The notes beneath the pieces are model-generated. The model was given only the letters and a program-made list of their open reading frames with translations, was not told the DNA's origin and searched no databases. Made by a program: the position numbers and the translations under genes. From Octopus sinensis (taxonomy: Eukaryota), in the NCBI RefSeq assembly GCF_006345805.1, contig NW_021833744.1, positions 139,040 to 203,039 on the forward strand: a stretch of 64,000 nucleotides of DNA, given 5' to 3'. Positions 1-13,493 of the stretch are shown here, in pieces. How positions within the stretch are numbered: the first letter of the stretch is position 1; each line of letters starts with the position of its first letter.

Positions 1-566
1 AGTACCACTTGTGGACACCCAAACGAGAGAGAAGCCCCCGATAGTACCCCATGAATGAACCAGACATGAAATGCCACCGAAATGTCCTATCCAAATAAAA
101 TATCCCCCGACTCTCTCCCTTTTCTAAAAAAGGACAACACAGAGTACCCTTATCCACCAGCAGACATATTTTCCCGTCTCCGTGACAGTGGTGGAGTGCA
201 TAGGCAGTGCACAGTCCGTCCACCACTCCACCTAAATGAGTCGATTCCCCCTCAATTTGAATTTCCATCAATTTATCAATTGGACTGACATAAATTGTCC
301 CCGTCGGCACTGAGGAGACTGTCCAGGAAATGTCCAGCCCGTCGGAAAAGAGATAAAAGTTGGTCAAGTCAGAGGGAAGGACATATTTGTTGATCTCGAG
401 TGAGTAAGGACAGTACCACATTCCACTCCTCGATTGAGTAATGGACACTCCATACCCCCCAGATTTATCATCGACTGTCACGAAGGGCAGTCTGTCTGAG
501 AAAAGTCACAGAAAATGTACTCAGGTGGGTTAGTGCGCTCTCCAGGAGTGATTCACTAGACTGCAT
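1..566 (-). CDS. Unidentified protein, 3' end runs off the window start
   Basis: The minus-strand frame RLPFVTVDDKSGGYG...LGVHKWY is open for about 165 codons to position 2. A plausible first exon MQSSESLLESALTHL (ATG at 566) joins it via a 25-nt GT-AG intron. No family recognised. Confidence 0.5.
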
Positions 567-960
567 GTCGGTCACTATGGGCTGTTATTATTTGTCTATT
601 AATATGCAGCAAGAATAGACGAGTTTAGTAAATCAGATCACCCTAAAGAGAATTAATTTGGTCGATAAAATGGACAGTTGTGGAATATGTCTGTTAATTG
701 GCAAGACAGATGGTGGAGATAACAAGGTCGATTGGGAAAGTGATTATTGATTGCTGTAAATTAATGGAATAAACATTAATTATTTTTTTGTATTTTTAAA
801 TATTAATTATGAAATCTTAATTGATTAAATTATATCATTATTTTTTAAATTAAGTAATAGTACAATTTAATATTTAAATTTACTCGCTTATCTGTGGCAA
901 AATTTAGAGTAATGTTTGTACATCCTTCCTTTAATTAAGCAATACTTATAACCACTTTAG

Positions 961-3900
961 ATGCCCAAGTCCCCCTTCCTTCGCAAACAGAAAAAGAACA
1001 GACCCACCCGTGACTCCCCACTTCCTGTCGTGGTACTCCTCCCCTTCACTGTTTAGGAGAACTATTCGGGCTCCCCCGACAGGATGAGATACTCCCCTCA
1101 CAACTCAGAGGATGAACACTTTTGTTCAGATTGTTCCATCAATGGGGCAGAAAAACTGCGAGGACTTGTCCAAAAGATCTCTCCTTTCTCTCCTTCCAAG
1201 TACACCTCCTTGGTCATTAAAGTGCCTGCAATGATTTGTGTAAATACACCACATTCTTCAAAGTACTCATTTTTATTGATTTAGAACATTCTGGAAGGCG
1301 ACCAACTTCCCTCCATTTCCCAACTCAAGACTGACCCAACATTCGTGGTGGAGGCGATCCACAACCAGCAGTTCCCCATCCTCCACTTGTTGGTCGATTA
1401 TGGCTTCACTACGTCTGGTCGGTCTCTGGGTACTCCTTCAGGCATATTCCAGTCTCGGGGGCCACTGCTCTTATTGCTGCGGGCCAGTTCTACGAGATCA
1501 CTGAGATGCTGTTGGCCAAGGACTCGGATCCGAACGAATTCGACTTGCACTACTGCACTCCCCTCATGTACGCAGTCAGGGAGAACAACACAGCACTCGT
1601 CCGACTACTCCTCCGATATGGAGCCTCCTCCAAAGTGCCTCCCAAGCCGGAAAAGTCGTCGGAGAGTGGGTGGTTGGTGGTTAGTTGTAGTCTCTCCGTG
1701 TGTTTGCAAGTGTGGGGCAGTGCAGAAGGGGACACCCATTCACGTATGCCCTCTCTCCATTGATAGGAGGACGCCTATGAGAATCCCATCATTCTCAGTA
1801 TTCGTAAAAAGAACGTCGAGTTGCTTAAATTATTGATGGAGTATAAGCCATACACTCTCCACAGTGTTGTCAATGGCTATAGTGCTCTCATTGAGGCAGT
1901 CAAGTACCGGTCGGATCAGATCATCGACGTGCTGTTGGAGATGCCTGGTTGTCCACCCAGACTGACTGCGTTTAGATGTGGTGAGTGGAATTAATGATGT
2001 CTGTGGGTCTGGTCTAAAGACGGCTCTGTCCATGGCGTGCAAACACGGGCATTCAGACATTGCAGAACGACTGATCGGACTGGAGGCGAATGTGGAGTTG
2101 GGTGGACGGACTGCCCTGATGGAAGCATGTCGATGGGGGCATGCCGAGACAGTCACTCTACTGTTGGACAATGGGGCTAATCCTTGTGCCCAGACACACC
2201 TATCTCAGACTACAGTCATGTTTGCTGCGGAAACTGATTCCGTGTTGGTCATGTCCACTCTCCATGCAGCACTCGCCCGCCGACTGACTGGGCCGAGCAT
2301 TCGGGAGTATTTCTCGCAGGCCGATCAGTATGGGATGACTGCTCTGCTAATTGCCTGTTATAAGGGAAACTCCCATGTGGCCTACCATTTATTAGAAAAC
2401 TGTTTCCCTCTTTGGACTAATCGACAGGCCTTTCGTTTAATTGTTTGAATGCGAGTATGGCCGAGACTGGTCACACTCCCTTCACATTGGCTGCCAGTTC
2501 GGGGAATATTGAACTCATTTCGTATTTGTACAGAAAGGGGGCGGATCCTCTCCATCAACTCAACGATGGTTCCACTGCACTCAACGAGGCTGCCAAGTCT
2601 GGGAAACCCAATATTATTCCACTCATCTACGAACACATCTACGAATATCAAACTCGGCAACATGAGGTGTGAATTATTTTATATTGTAGCCACCCGACTC
2701 GCCCTCATTGTCTGGTGTGTGTCCTCTCCTCACACCTAGATGAGGCAGACGACGGCACTCCCTACAATCTACGCAAGTCAAGGAAAGCGGTATTGAGTGG
2801 TGTTGATTGTGCAGTTGTCTGACGGACTGTCCTCTATCAACAACTACGCCAATCCTCTATTCGAGTCGTTGTATGGCATTTCTCACTCATTTAGATTCGA
2901 CACATTTCAAGACAACGGAACTGACCAGGAAGTGAATTGTTTGGCATTGCTTTCATTTTGTTAGCCCAATGTCACGACGTGACTGATTCCCTCGACTCTA
3001 CATTTGCTAATTTGGCTGAGGAAATTGACTTTTTGGGGGAGACTGGGGATATCTGCCAACTCCCGTCTTCCTTCATAGTTGTCCCTGTTGGTTATGTTAG
3101 CGTCACTGCAACCGTTCGTGTGCCAACTCGAGTGTCTGGGGACAAGGAAGGACGCCCGACATATTCGGCCGACTCCTCCACCAGCGGGACAAGAAAGGTG
3201 GAGAGTGTGAGTGAATGTGTAGGACATACCCCCCTCATGTCGGCCGCCCTCGCCAATAATGTCGAAATCATAAAAGAACTGGTGTACTATGGAGCAGCCC
3301 TGGAGGAAGTGACTGATCGGCGGGACACAGCCCTGGGTCTGGCTTGTGCGGCCGGGAATGTGGAGGTTGGGAGTGGTGGTCATGTCAGGTCGTGATATTC
3401 CTCATCCAAGTGGGGGCGAATGTGAACCACCGGAATGCCAACAACCACACTCCCCTCGCGATTGCAGCATCGGGGGGACATATGGACACAATTATGGCCA
3501 TTGTGGGTGCCGGGGTGGACATTGACTCACGGTGGGGATGTGGGAGTGATGTGTAGGGATGCTCTCAAGTGTGGGGGGACTACGCCCTGCATGTTGGCGG
3601 TGTTGGGGGGGCACTATGATGTGGTGGCCTTGTTGATCGAACAAAACTGCGACGTCAACTGCTATCTCGAGTCCACCCGTAACTCCGCCCTCACTCTGGC
3701 TTGTCTCCACGGGAAGGTCGAACTAGTCGATTTGCTGTTGCGGAATGGGGCCAATGTGGAGCATAGATCGAAGGTGTGTGTGTGCTGTATATTGCCAGAA
3801 TGGATACACTCCTCTGATGGAGGCTGCCTCATTTGGACTATATAAAGTGGCTGCCACTCTGATCAAGCATGGGGCAGATGTGAATGCTCCCCCCGCCCCA

Positions 3901-5740
3901 CAAAACAAGGAGACTGCTCTCACTCTCTCCATCGACCGTGGAAAGATGTCGTTGGTTGAACTACTCCTCAGCAAGTAAGGACTGTTCTCTCATTCCAGCA
4001 ATGCACATATCGAGGTCAAAAACAGACGAGGCTGCACTGCTTTGTGGCTGGCTTGCAATGGTAATGCTCACTCAATGAATGCAGTCGGCCATGTCCAGAT
4101 TGTCCAACTGCTGGTCAATGCAGGAGCTGATGTGCATGCTTGTGATCCCCGAGGAATATCCTGTCTCCATGCGGCCTTCCGACGGGGACATGTCGAAGTG
4201 GTCAAGTTCCTGGCAGAGAAGGTGCGGCAATTCCCGTCGAACGAGAGTTGTCAGCGGACAATGAGTGCAGTGACTGACCAGGTGGGGACACTTCCTAATG
4301 CAAGGACACATTGGCGAGGTGTGGCGAGTGCATGCAGATTATTGTCCATGCCCAACAAAAACAGGCACTCGAGGCCGACCGGAATGCGGACTTACTCCTC
4401 CAGCAGATCGAGGATGAGAAATTGGAGACTGAACGCAAGAAGGAGGCCACAGTTCGAAGACGGAGCAACAAAAAGCGTAAGAAATTGGACAAGCAGCAAC
4501 CCGACGAGCCTCAGGCGAAGGAAGAGACGAGCGAAGTACATTCCGTGCTGAGTGAACATGTCCCCGAGTCTGTTCACCCTTCTGTGGAGGAGGATAAAGG
4601 TGGGTACCCTCACTTGTATTGCAGTGACGGAGGATGAGTTGCAGTCTCCCCCGAGTGAGCCAATTGCCCCCTACAACTATCAACTCCCCAAAATAACGGA
4701 CTTTTATCCATGTCCGGAGACCAAGTTGTCGCCTGTGCCGAGCAGAGTGCCCTCCCCGGCGAGTAGTGGGGTGGTTATAGTTTGCAGAGGTGACTCCGCG
4801 GACGTTCAAGTCGACCAACAGGAAGGCGACCAATTTCGTGTACGGCGAGGAATTGACTCAGGAAATCGGGAAAAAGTAGAGTTGGGACAACATTGTAGTT
4901 CCCGGGTGATTCGAGTGCCCTCTTTTTTGTTTGGGCGAATAATGGGTCGTGGTGGTGCCCACATGAACAAAATCAGGGAGATAAGTCTGGCCAACATCGA
5001 GGTTGAGCAGCAGAAGGTCGGACTGGAACACCGTCGAATAAAGATAAGGTATGTGAGGAATGTCATCCTCAGAGGGGTCCTCAAGTCGATGATTTTGGCC
5101 CAGCAAATAATATCCCACATTGTCACCGAACAGCAGCAGGAAGTGAGTGACATTCTCCGTCTCTACGAACACGAGAAGAGTGTGGAGGAGGGGAAGAGTG
5201 AGAACAGTGAGGATGTTTCCGTCCCCAACGAGGCCGTGTCGGAAGAGGAGACTTTGATGAATTTCATATTCCTGGAGGGGGATTGCTACCATGGCCCCAT
5301 TGCACCCATCACGGAGAAAAATACGCTCATATTAAAACAGACCACTCAGTCCTGTGTCCCCACACTCCAGACATTTGGGAAGTACACTCCTTCCAAGAGA
5401 GTGGGTAAACATAACGACGGGTCGTACAGGATGATGTATCCGGAGATGGGTCACTCATCTTATCACTCGAATGGTCACTACATGCCTTTAGAGTTTGGTC
5501 GTGGACTTATATTCTAGTTCACATTACATTCCTGAACATTCCCCATTCCCTTTTGACTATCATAACGAGTCCTTCCGCTATTTTAATGGGAGTCACGCGG
5601 ATTCGGTAAGGAATGGGTTCTGTCCTCGGAATGTGTATGATCCGTCTTTCTTCTACCCAAACTACGACACTGACTCCAGTCAATTCCCCTTTCCTCCTCC
5701 AGAATGGCGTAATTCCAGTATCGACCGGAAAAATCACTAA
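961..5740 (+). CDS. ANKHD1: Ankyrin-repeat and KH-domain protein (MASK / ANKHD1 / ANKRD17 family), multi-exon
   Basis: Many ankyrin repeats (GRTALMEAC, GHTPLMSAA, GYTPLMEAA). MASK-specific segment VRQFPSNESCQR...CGECMQIIVHAQQKQALEADRNADLLL followed by a basic coiled coil, then a KH domain (VPSFLFGRIMGRGG). Frames are joined by micro-introns, e.g. 1033-1056. Confidence 0.9.
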
Positions 5741-5796
5741 AGTCCCTTCCTCTGCTAACGAACTGTTGTTTAAATATATCATTTTTTCTTATTTCC

Positions 5797-6213
5797 CTAT
5801 AAACACGCGTTGTTTAATTCGAATATTATTGCAAAGCAATCGGATACCCAATAGAAGACATTTACAATAACTGATTGAACAACCCTCCAGAGTATAACCA
5901 GCGTCTTGTCAGTTTTACTACAATTCATTCTGAAAGCAGCCCACTTTAGGTTGTGAATATACACTACATTTGTAAAATACAGGTTTTGCAAAGGCTTTGT
6001 AAAGCCTTGTTGATAGGCTTCGTTTGGAGCCATGTTTTGCGTATTCTGCTCAGTGTCGCGGTAGCCAGCAACTTTCTATGGTTAAGGTCTACAGTGTCTT
6101 CACTGTCTCCGAGCAGAGATCCGACTTTCCTCATATACCTCCAAGTTTAACCAACTTTGGTGTCTATGAATTTGGTTGATTATGAGAAACTTTTCGAAAC
6201 GGTTAATTGTCAT
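5797..6213 (-). CDS. Small unidentified spliced protein, weak Yae1-like motif
   Basis: ATG at 6213. The downstream frame reads KVAGYRD...AYQQGF, loosely like the Yae1 GYRDG...QQGF motif. I could not resolve the splicing unambiguously. Confidence 0.25.
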
Positions 6214-6313
6214 ATGAAACGGATTATCAATAATCAATCCGCACGCAGTCTGTAAAATATGTATTGAATGAATATAAAAATAATGAAAACGACAATTTAA
6301 AAGCAGAAAGGAA

Positions 6314-7104
6314 TCATAAATAAACACCAGACTTAGGAACAGGGAGAGAAGAATCAATGTGCTGGTCAAAAGGAGTAAGAGGCAAAGGTTTGTTAGCCCA
6401 GTGCTCGGGCGTCCTATATTTCATAGTATTCTCCAAAGCCATCATTATAGCCTTCGCAAAATTAGCCAATGTAGCAGTAGACCCCCTCGTACACGTATAG
6501 CAATCCTCCAGACCACACATCCTCAACAACTTTTGAGGAACCGTTGCTGCCACCAGTCCAGTCCCCCTCGGGGCAGGAATCAGTCTCACAAGGACTGACC
6601 CACACGTTCCAGTCACTTTGCAGGGCACAGTGTGCATTTGACCAATCTTGTTGCCCCAGTAGCCCTTCCGGACTGGAATGAGGTTGAGTTTGGCGAGGTT
6701 GACTCCCTCCCGCATTGAGTTGACGGCCTCTTTGGAACATTTAATGCCCAGGCCGACATGTCCCTTCCCATCCCCCACTGCCACAATGGCCTTGTGACGA
6801 GTCCTCTGTCCTGCCCGTGTCTGTTTCTGGACTGATTGGACTTTGAGGACTTCGTCGGTCAACTCGGGGATGAGGAGGTCCACAATCTCGACTTCCTATC
6901 CATCAGAAGTGGATAAATAACCATGATAGGGAGAGAGGCCATGAATATTTCGTCGATGTTAGTTATGAGTCCTTCATTTACTAGTCTACCCAGACGGGTT
7001 ATGGGCACCCATTCCTTTTTGGGGGGAGGGGCTCGACTCCCTCTTCCACGTTGGGACTTTGCTCTATTTCCAAATCCTCCCTGGAATCCACTTCTATCAC
7101 CCAT
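6314..7104 (-). CDS. RPS2: 40S ribosomal protein S2 (uS5)
   Basis: [47 protein letters not shown]. One 26-nt intron at 6896-6921. Confidence 0.97.
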
Positions 7105-7141
7105 TCTTTCAATGTTGACACACAACACTAACCAAACAAAT

Positions 7142-7147
7142 CACGTG
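7142..7147. promoter_or_regulatory. CACGTG E-box in the RPS2/BCKDHB divergent promoter
   Basis: CACGTG lies in the roughly 205-bp AT-rich spacer, with 37 nt between it and the RPS2 ATG. Function is inferred only. Confidence 0.35.
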
Positions 7148-7309
7148 TAGTATATTTATATTATTTAACAACAAAATTATAATTAATACAATTTTCTAAC
7201 AAATATTAAAAATGACAGTATAAAAAAGATAACAAAACCTCCTTTTCTGAGAGAATTATTTATCTTGTCAACCCTCGTAGGGCGTTGATTAAATAAAATA
7301 TTGAGGTTA

Positions 7310-8467
7310 ATGTTTTGCCCCACCCTCCCGAAAATAATTCGTCGATTCTCTTCTCTGATCTATGTCCCCGAAACCAACGACCATAATTTAGCCAAGTGCA
7401 GAAAAATGAGTCTCCTGGAGGCTGTAAATGACGCTCTCTCCATTGCTTTGGAGTCTGACAACAAATCAAGTATTCTCTCTCTTCATTCCAGTCCTTTTCG
7501 GAGAGGATGTGGCCTTCGGAGGGGTCTTCAGATGTTCTGTTGGTCTACAAGATAAATTTGGTGACACTAAATGAGGGACTGGTAGGGAAACAACGAGTGT
7601 TCAACACCCCGATCGCAGAACAGGCCATCGTGGGGTTGGGCATTGGGGCAGCCTCGATGGGATACACTGCCATTGCTGAAATACAATTCGCCGACTACAT
7701 TTTCCCTGCCTTCGATCAAGTTGAGTGGCCAATCCCAGCTTAGATTGTGAACGAGGCTGCCACATTGAGATATCGGTCATATGGAGAGTATGACTGTGGG
7801 GGACTCACTATTCGGGCTCCCTGTGGGGGAGTCGGCCACGGAGCATTCTACCATTCACAGTCCGTCGAGTCATACTTCTCCCACTGCCCTGGTCTTAAAA
7901 TTGTCATCCCCCGTGGACCCAGAGAGGCCAAAGGACTTCTTCTTTCCTGCATTCGTGACCCCAATCCTTGTCTCTTCTTTGAGCCTAAACTCCTCTACCG
8001 ACTGGCCGTGGAGGACGTCCCCTTGGAGGATTATGAAATCCCTCTTTCCCTGGCCCACGTGGTTCGTCCAGGACAGCACGTGACTTTGGTGGGGTGGGGG
8101 ACCATCGTGCAGTTACTCCGTCAGGCTGCCGAGTTGGCGGAGAAGGAATTGGGGGTGGACTGCGAGATAATTGACTTGCGGACAGTCATGCCATTCGACG
8201 GGGAGACCATCGTCCAAGTAGTCATCCCCCACAGTTTAGTCCGTCAATAAAACTGGCCGACTCGTCGTGGCTCACGAGGCCAGACAGACAGGCGGAGTGG
8301 GGGCCGAAATTAGTGCGCACGTGCAAAGAGAGTGCTTTCTCAGATTGGAGGCCCCCGTCGAGCGAGTGTGTGGACTGGACACTCATGTCACCCTCAACAT
8401 GGAGAAATACATTCTCCCCAGTAAGTTGAGGATTTACGACGCCATCGAACGAGTTGTTCGCTTTTAG
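7310..8467 (+). CDS. BCKDHB: Branched-chain alpha-keto acid dehydrogenase E1 beta subunit
   Basis: [49 protein letters not shown]. Four introns of 22, 25, 24 and 22 nt (7470-7491, 7561-7585, 7720-7743, 8218-8239). Confidence 0.96.
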
Positions 8468-8800
8468 TAACTTATTTACTTTATTTTCTTATTTGTTGAT
8501 TAATCAGACTATGATTGGATTTGATTATTGATTAATAGATTATTAAATATTCCCACAATTGATTAAATCACCACAAGTTGTTGCATCATCCACTTCTCCG
8601 ACCACCCCATGTATCACGTTTTCTAAAGGGTATGGATTTCTTTATTGTGGACATACAGTCGATAAATTATGAATGAGTGAAATAAAGTTATGGGATAAAA
8701 GAATGATTTTTATTAAATTTATTATAATATTAGAACAAGTAGAAAAAATAAATTCAAATAAATTCGATATCTAAATAAATCATTATAGTGTAACCCGGCA

Positions 8801-10006
8801 ATGCAGTTTGTACGTTTCATCGGAACAGCAGTGACAACCTCGAATGCCCGGAAGGACGACGACACAGCAGACCGACTGAGCTACCGTTATGCCTCCACAT
8901 TGCTGGTGTTGTTTGGAATTGTGGTGATAACTCGGAGTTATGTGGGTGAGCCAATCCACTGCTGGTGTCCGGCCAACTTCCCAGGTAGAGAGGATGAGTG
9001 AGTGGCAGGACAGTACATATCCTACGCCAACTCGATCTGTTGGGTGAAGGGGACTTACTACCAGTCCCTCGACAGGAGACTGCCCTCGACGGAGATATTG
9101 CAGAGGGACAGCACTCTGGCCTACTACCAGTGGATTCAGTTCATTTTCATATTCCTGGCACTCCCCTTCTACATCCCCATCATTGTGTGGCGAGCCTATG
9201 TGGCCAATTCGGGCATCAACCTCAACAAAATCATCGCCACCTGCATAAAGGCTCAAAACGTGGAGAAGATTGTCGACAAGGACAAATTCACAACCACCGT
9301 GGCCGGGGAGATCGACAATTACGTCCTCCGCAGAGACCATGTCCTATCACGGGGAAAGACCCTGGCAGTGACGGCCAAGATTATGACACTGACGGGGGGG
9401 AGACGACATGGGAATTATCTGTCCATTTCCTACTGTGTGACTAAAATACTCTTCCTGGTGAATATTATCAGTCAGTTCTTCATTCTCAACGCTTTCCTGG
9501 GCTTCCAGTTCAATATGTATGGATTCAAGATACTCAACGAATATGCCCACGGAAGGGAGATCAACGAGTCCTCCTTCTTTCCCCGTGTGACGTACTGTGA
9601 CTTCACTGTGAGGGAAATCAATCGGCCACACACATACACTGTCCAGTGTGTTCTCCAAGTCAATTTATTCCTTGAAAAGATTTTTGTGGTGCTGTGGCTG
9701 TTGTATTTGCTGGTGTCTGCCTACACTGTCTACTCTTGTGTCAACTGGCTATATTACTATGTATCTGTCCGACAGAGGACTCGGTATGTGTCCAGCTACA
9801 TTCGGAAGGGCAGTCAGAATCCTTCCCTTCTTCGTCTGTTTGTGAATGACTATTTGAAGGATGACGGATTCTTCATTTTCAAACTAATTTCTCACAATGT
9901 GAACAATATGGTTGTCGACGATGTCATCAATGCTTGCTGGGATACCTACCGCAAGAGAGAGGAACCACTCGATGATAAAATCTCCTATCCCCCTCTTCAG
10001 TATTAG
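8801..10006 (+). CDS. Innexin (invertebrate gap-junction protein)
   Basis: DRLSYRY...YVGEPIHCWCPANF, SICW, YYQW signature, FPRVTYCDF, VQCVLQVNLFLEKIF. One 24-nt intron at 8985-9008 carrying an in-frame TGA. Confidence 0.95.
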
Positions 10007-10047
10007 TTAGTATAATTATTCATTCTCGCGTTACTCCTTTCTAATTG

Positions 10048-11560
10048 TTAGTTATTGTATTGTCGCCTTAGTCCTCCACCCCACCGTGGAGTAGGTTTAG
10101 GTTGGTTAGTTAACTCGGCTTTTCTAGATGTGGGAAGCCGGCTGCAATTAGGTAGCGAGAAACAGGGATTGTGGCTCTTAGAGATCCCGAATTCCAATAG
10201 GTGGTGACAGGTGAGGCGGTCAAGGATAAGAAAAAATGTCTTCAGGGGTGGAGGATCGATATGTTTCAAAAATTAGTGGATTGTGTCCCGAGCAAAGTTG
10301 TGCAAGCGGAGGAACCTGTCGAGTGATTGCTTTGAAGGAGGGACTGGTGGTGGGGCGAATCAAAAATTTATGAAAGCATCATGATAGCTCGAAATGAGAT
10401 TTAATAATGATTAGATTCTTCCCAGTTTTCCAATTGTTCGTTAAGAGTATTTTTGGGCGACATCTGCATTGATTGGCCAGAGTAGTGATAATATGTCTTT
10501 TGTTTTCTAAAATAGATTTTGTGGGTTGGATGAAATAGGTCTTGCATTTCGTGGAGGAATTGGAGTCCTCTCATCACCAAATGGTCTTCGACCGGGAGGA
10601 TAGAGGATTCCCAATGAAATGATCGATGGGAGTGGGGACTAGGCAATTATTGTGCGGCAGCCTAATTCTTTGAAGTTTTTGGAGATTTGATAGAGACAGG
10701 TTTCATGACCATGTTGGACTACCATAGTTCATGTCCTGAAAAATTGTTTGTAGACCAGAGCTATGCATTCTTAAGATTGTCCAGATAAGACATAATACGT
10801 TCAGCTTGCGTTTGATTTTGGTGGAAATGAACTGTTGCGTAAAAGATAGGCATTGATAGAATACGATTCCAAGGATTTTCGAGTTTTTTACAACAGGAAT
10901 TCTTTCACCGGCCACATAAAGGGCTGGATTTAGGTTGAATTGTCGTCTATCAGAGCTAAAAACAGTGATAGACAATTTGGAGGCTGAAGGAGTCATACGG
11001 TTAGATGTTAGCCATTTGGTCAGGGAGTCTAGCTAAGTTTGAAACGTCAGCGTAGGAGAGGAGTAGTGTTTCTGAATCAGTTGGCATATCACTGAGGTGT
11101 AGGTTGAAGAGGGCTGGAGAATCCGTCTGCAATAAATCTTGTTAGGGTTGATAAGTGTGTTGTTGTTGAGTGCTGTGGTCGGAAACCATGCTGTGACTTT
11201 GATCGAGTGAGGATAGGGTATATTTATTTCAAGACAAATTTTTCGATGATTTTTGATAGAGATAACTGAGATTGGTCTGAATGAGGCTTTAAAATTGGAA
11301 TGCTAATAGATTTTTTAGTTATTAGTCAGTCCACTCGAGCTTTTTCAGATGGTATATGCAAAGACTGTCGGGTCCACAAGCGTGAGAATTCTTAGCGTTT
11401 TTGATTAGTTGACTTATTTTCTGCAACGGTTGTTTTTATCCATCCTCATTTGACTGATTTGTGAGAGTATTTGCCTGTTCTCTAAACGATTTCATTTGCC
11501 TTTTTTGGTTAATGCCAGAGATGTGAAGTTGTGTCGGCTGATTGTGGGGTATAAATTCCT
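10048..11560 (-). mobile_element. Degenerate non-LTR retrotransposon, 3' part (family B)
   Basis: RT remnants SPALFNLHLSDMP...LLSYAD (about 11050-11125) and KILGIVF, then a segment homologous to 47587-47826. The 3' end is homologous to 41117-41294. The left boundary is the 3' tail; the right boundary is approximate. Confidence 0.75.
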
Positions 11561-11738
11561 TTCAGAGCTTTCCAGAAATGTTGATTCTGTGGTCGATACA
11601 TTCTGACCATTTATTTTTCAGATTGATTTTATTGTTGATGAGAGTGACTGCCCATTAAACATGAGGTTGCCTAGTTATTATAATTTAACGATAATTATTT
11701 AACTTAATAAATTATTGTAAATACTGGCTTGTGGTAAT

Positions 11739-13052
11739 ATGGACAGAAATGGCAAGTATTCATGCAAGTCCAATAAAGCAATCACAATTCAGTTGGGTGA
11801 GCCCCCCTCCTAATGCGCAGTGAGGGAGGAGAGTGACCTGACTGCCCCCGTCGAGACCTTCCACCCACAGTACACTCACCAACTGTTCGGCGAATCGTAT
11901 AAATGTGATCTAACAGTCCAGAGAACAAATATTTGGATACAAATGGATAAAGATTGGACTGAGAATGTCCTCCACAACCCTCAACACTCTCCTTGAAATA
12001 GACCATGGCCCCACTGTCGACTCCTCCCTCTGCAGAGTACCCCTCCATGTAACCCCAGCCCGACGACGTGCGGGGGGCACTCGCCAAAATGCTGAAGGGG
12101 GGATTCCACACCAGTCGAGAACAATTCCTGGAAGAACTGAAGGCAGAGAAGGGCAGACGGCCGCCGGGGGAGATGGTCTACTCGTCCCTCGTGGAGATGG
12201 GGGGAGTCCCCTCGGAGGTGGAAGTCTTCCGCAGTGACCGTACCTTTCCGTGTGCGAGTGTGTGGATGGCCAACCTGCAGATCATGTCCACGTTTTTCAT
12301 CGAGACTGCCCTCCCCGTCGACTTTGAGGGGGATCCGCGGTGGAATTTGTTCGCAGTGTATTCTGTCTGTCCATTCCAGTTATGAACGGTCGGAGGACTA
12401 CCACCTTCTGGGGTTCGCCACTGTGTACAACTTCTACTCCCACCCAGACGCCATTCGGCCCAGAATCAGTCAATTCCTCGTCCTTCCGCCCTTCCAACGC
12501 CGGGGGGTGGCCAGCAAACTCCTGCAGGGGATCTACGTGTATTACCGAAGTCGGGATTCGGTGACTGACCTGATGGGTGGGTGACTCACTCATTTGTAGT
12601 CGAGGATTCCACTGTGGAGTTCCAGCGAGTGCGTGATGTGGTGGACTGTCGGGATGCGTGCAGACTGGGGTGGTACAACACATCTCCACTGCCCTCCCAG
12701 AGTGAGTTCGTGAAGGAAGTGAGGGACAAACTAAAGTTATCGAGGGTAGTGGGTGTGGATAGTGCAGAATCAATCCTTTCGGGTGTTTGAGATCCTCACA
12801 TGGAAGAGAAGGAGGGAGTTGAGTGCAGTCGAACAGGAGGAGTGTGAAATGCTCATAAAAAGACGTATTTTGTGGAATATAATGTCCGACCACTCCTCCA
12901 AGAGGGAGTTGAGGACTGCCTTGAGGGAGAAGGGGCTGGTGAGGACCATCAAGGACTACTTGGCACAGGACGCCTACAGAATGGTCCAGGACTTGTATGC
13001 CGACGTGATTGACGACTACAAGCACGTGATAATCCGAGTTGATGGTCGATGA
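11739..13052 (+). CDS. HAT1: Histone acetyltransferase type B catalytic subunit
   Basis: ETFHPQYTHQLFGESEQIFGY, FFIETA, GFATVYNFY, RPRISQFLVLPPFQRRGVASKLL, VEDSTVEFQRVRD. Introns of 22-25 nt. Confidence 0.95.
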
Positions 13053-13106
13053 TTGTTTTCTTGTTTGTTTTATTTCCCAATAAATTTATTAAGTCAAAAA
13101 ATGGTG

Positions 13107-13493
13107 TTATATAGCACGGGATTTCAATTCAGCATTTTCTTTGACCAGATTGTCGATGTGGGAACAGGCCAGTGCCAGCAGTTTAGCCTTGGTCTACACA
13201 TCAGCAGGCCTGTCTCACCAGTCGATCTCCCTCAGCTTGGGGCAGTCGCTTAGACAGTTCGGTGAACCACTCATTTATTTTGGACCGTCTTATTCGTTCG
13301 ACTAAACATGGTGGGTGATGACCAACGGATTCGGTGAGACTTGTTTGGAGGAGACGGGAAAGAGCCTTCCGACGAGAATAGACAAATCGGGTCACTTTTG
13401 GTACTCGACAGGCAGTAGTACCGCTCATGTTGCCCACCCTCGTCTATTTTCTACGAGAATACAATTACTACTCACTTTGTTTGAGTTCTCCAT
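13107..13493 (-). CDS. Minimal USF-like bHLH(-ZIP) transcription factor, 103 aa
   Basis: Splicing three 25-nt GT-AG introns gives ...KSHRILERIRRSKINEWFTELSKRLP...TKAKLLALACSHIDNLVKENAELK, which resembles the USF bHLH (ERRRRDKINNWIVQLSKIIP...KACDYIQEL). Confidence 0.8.
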
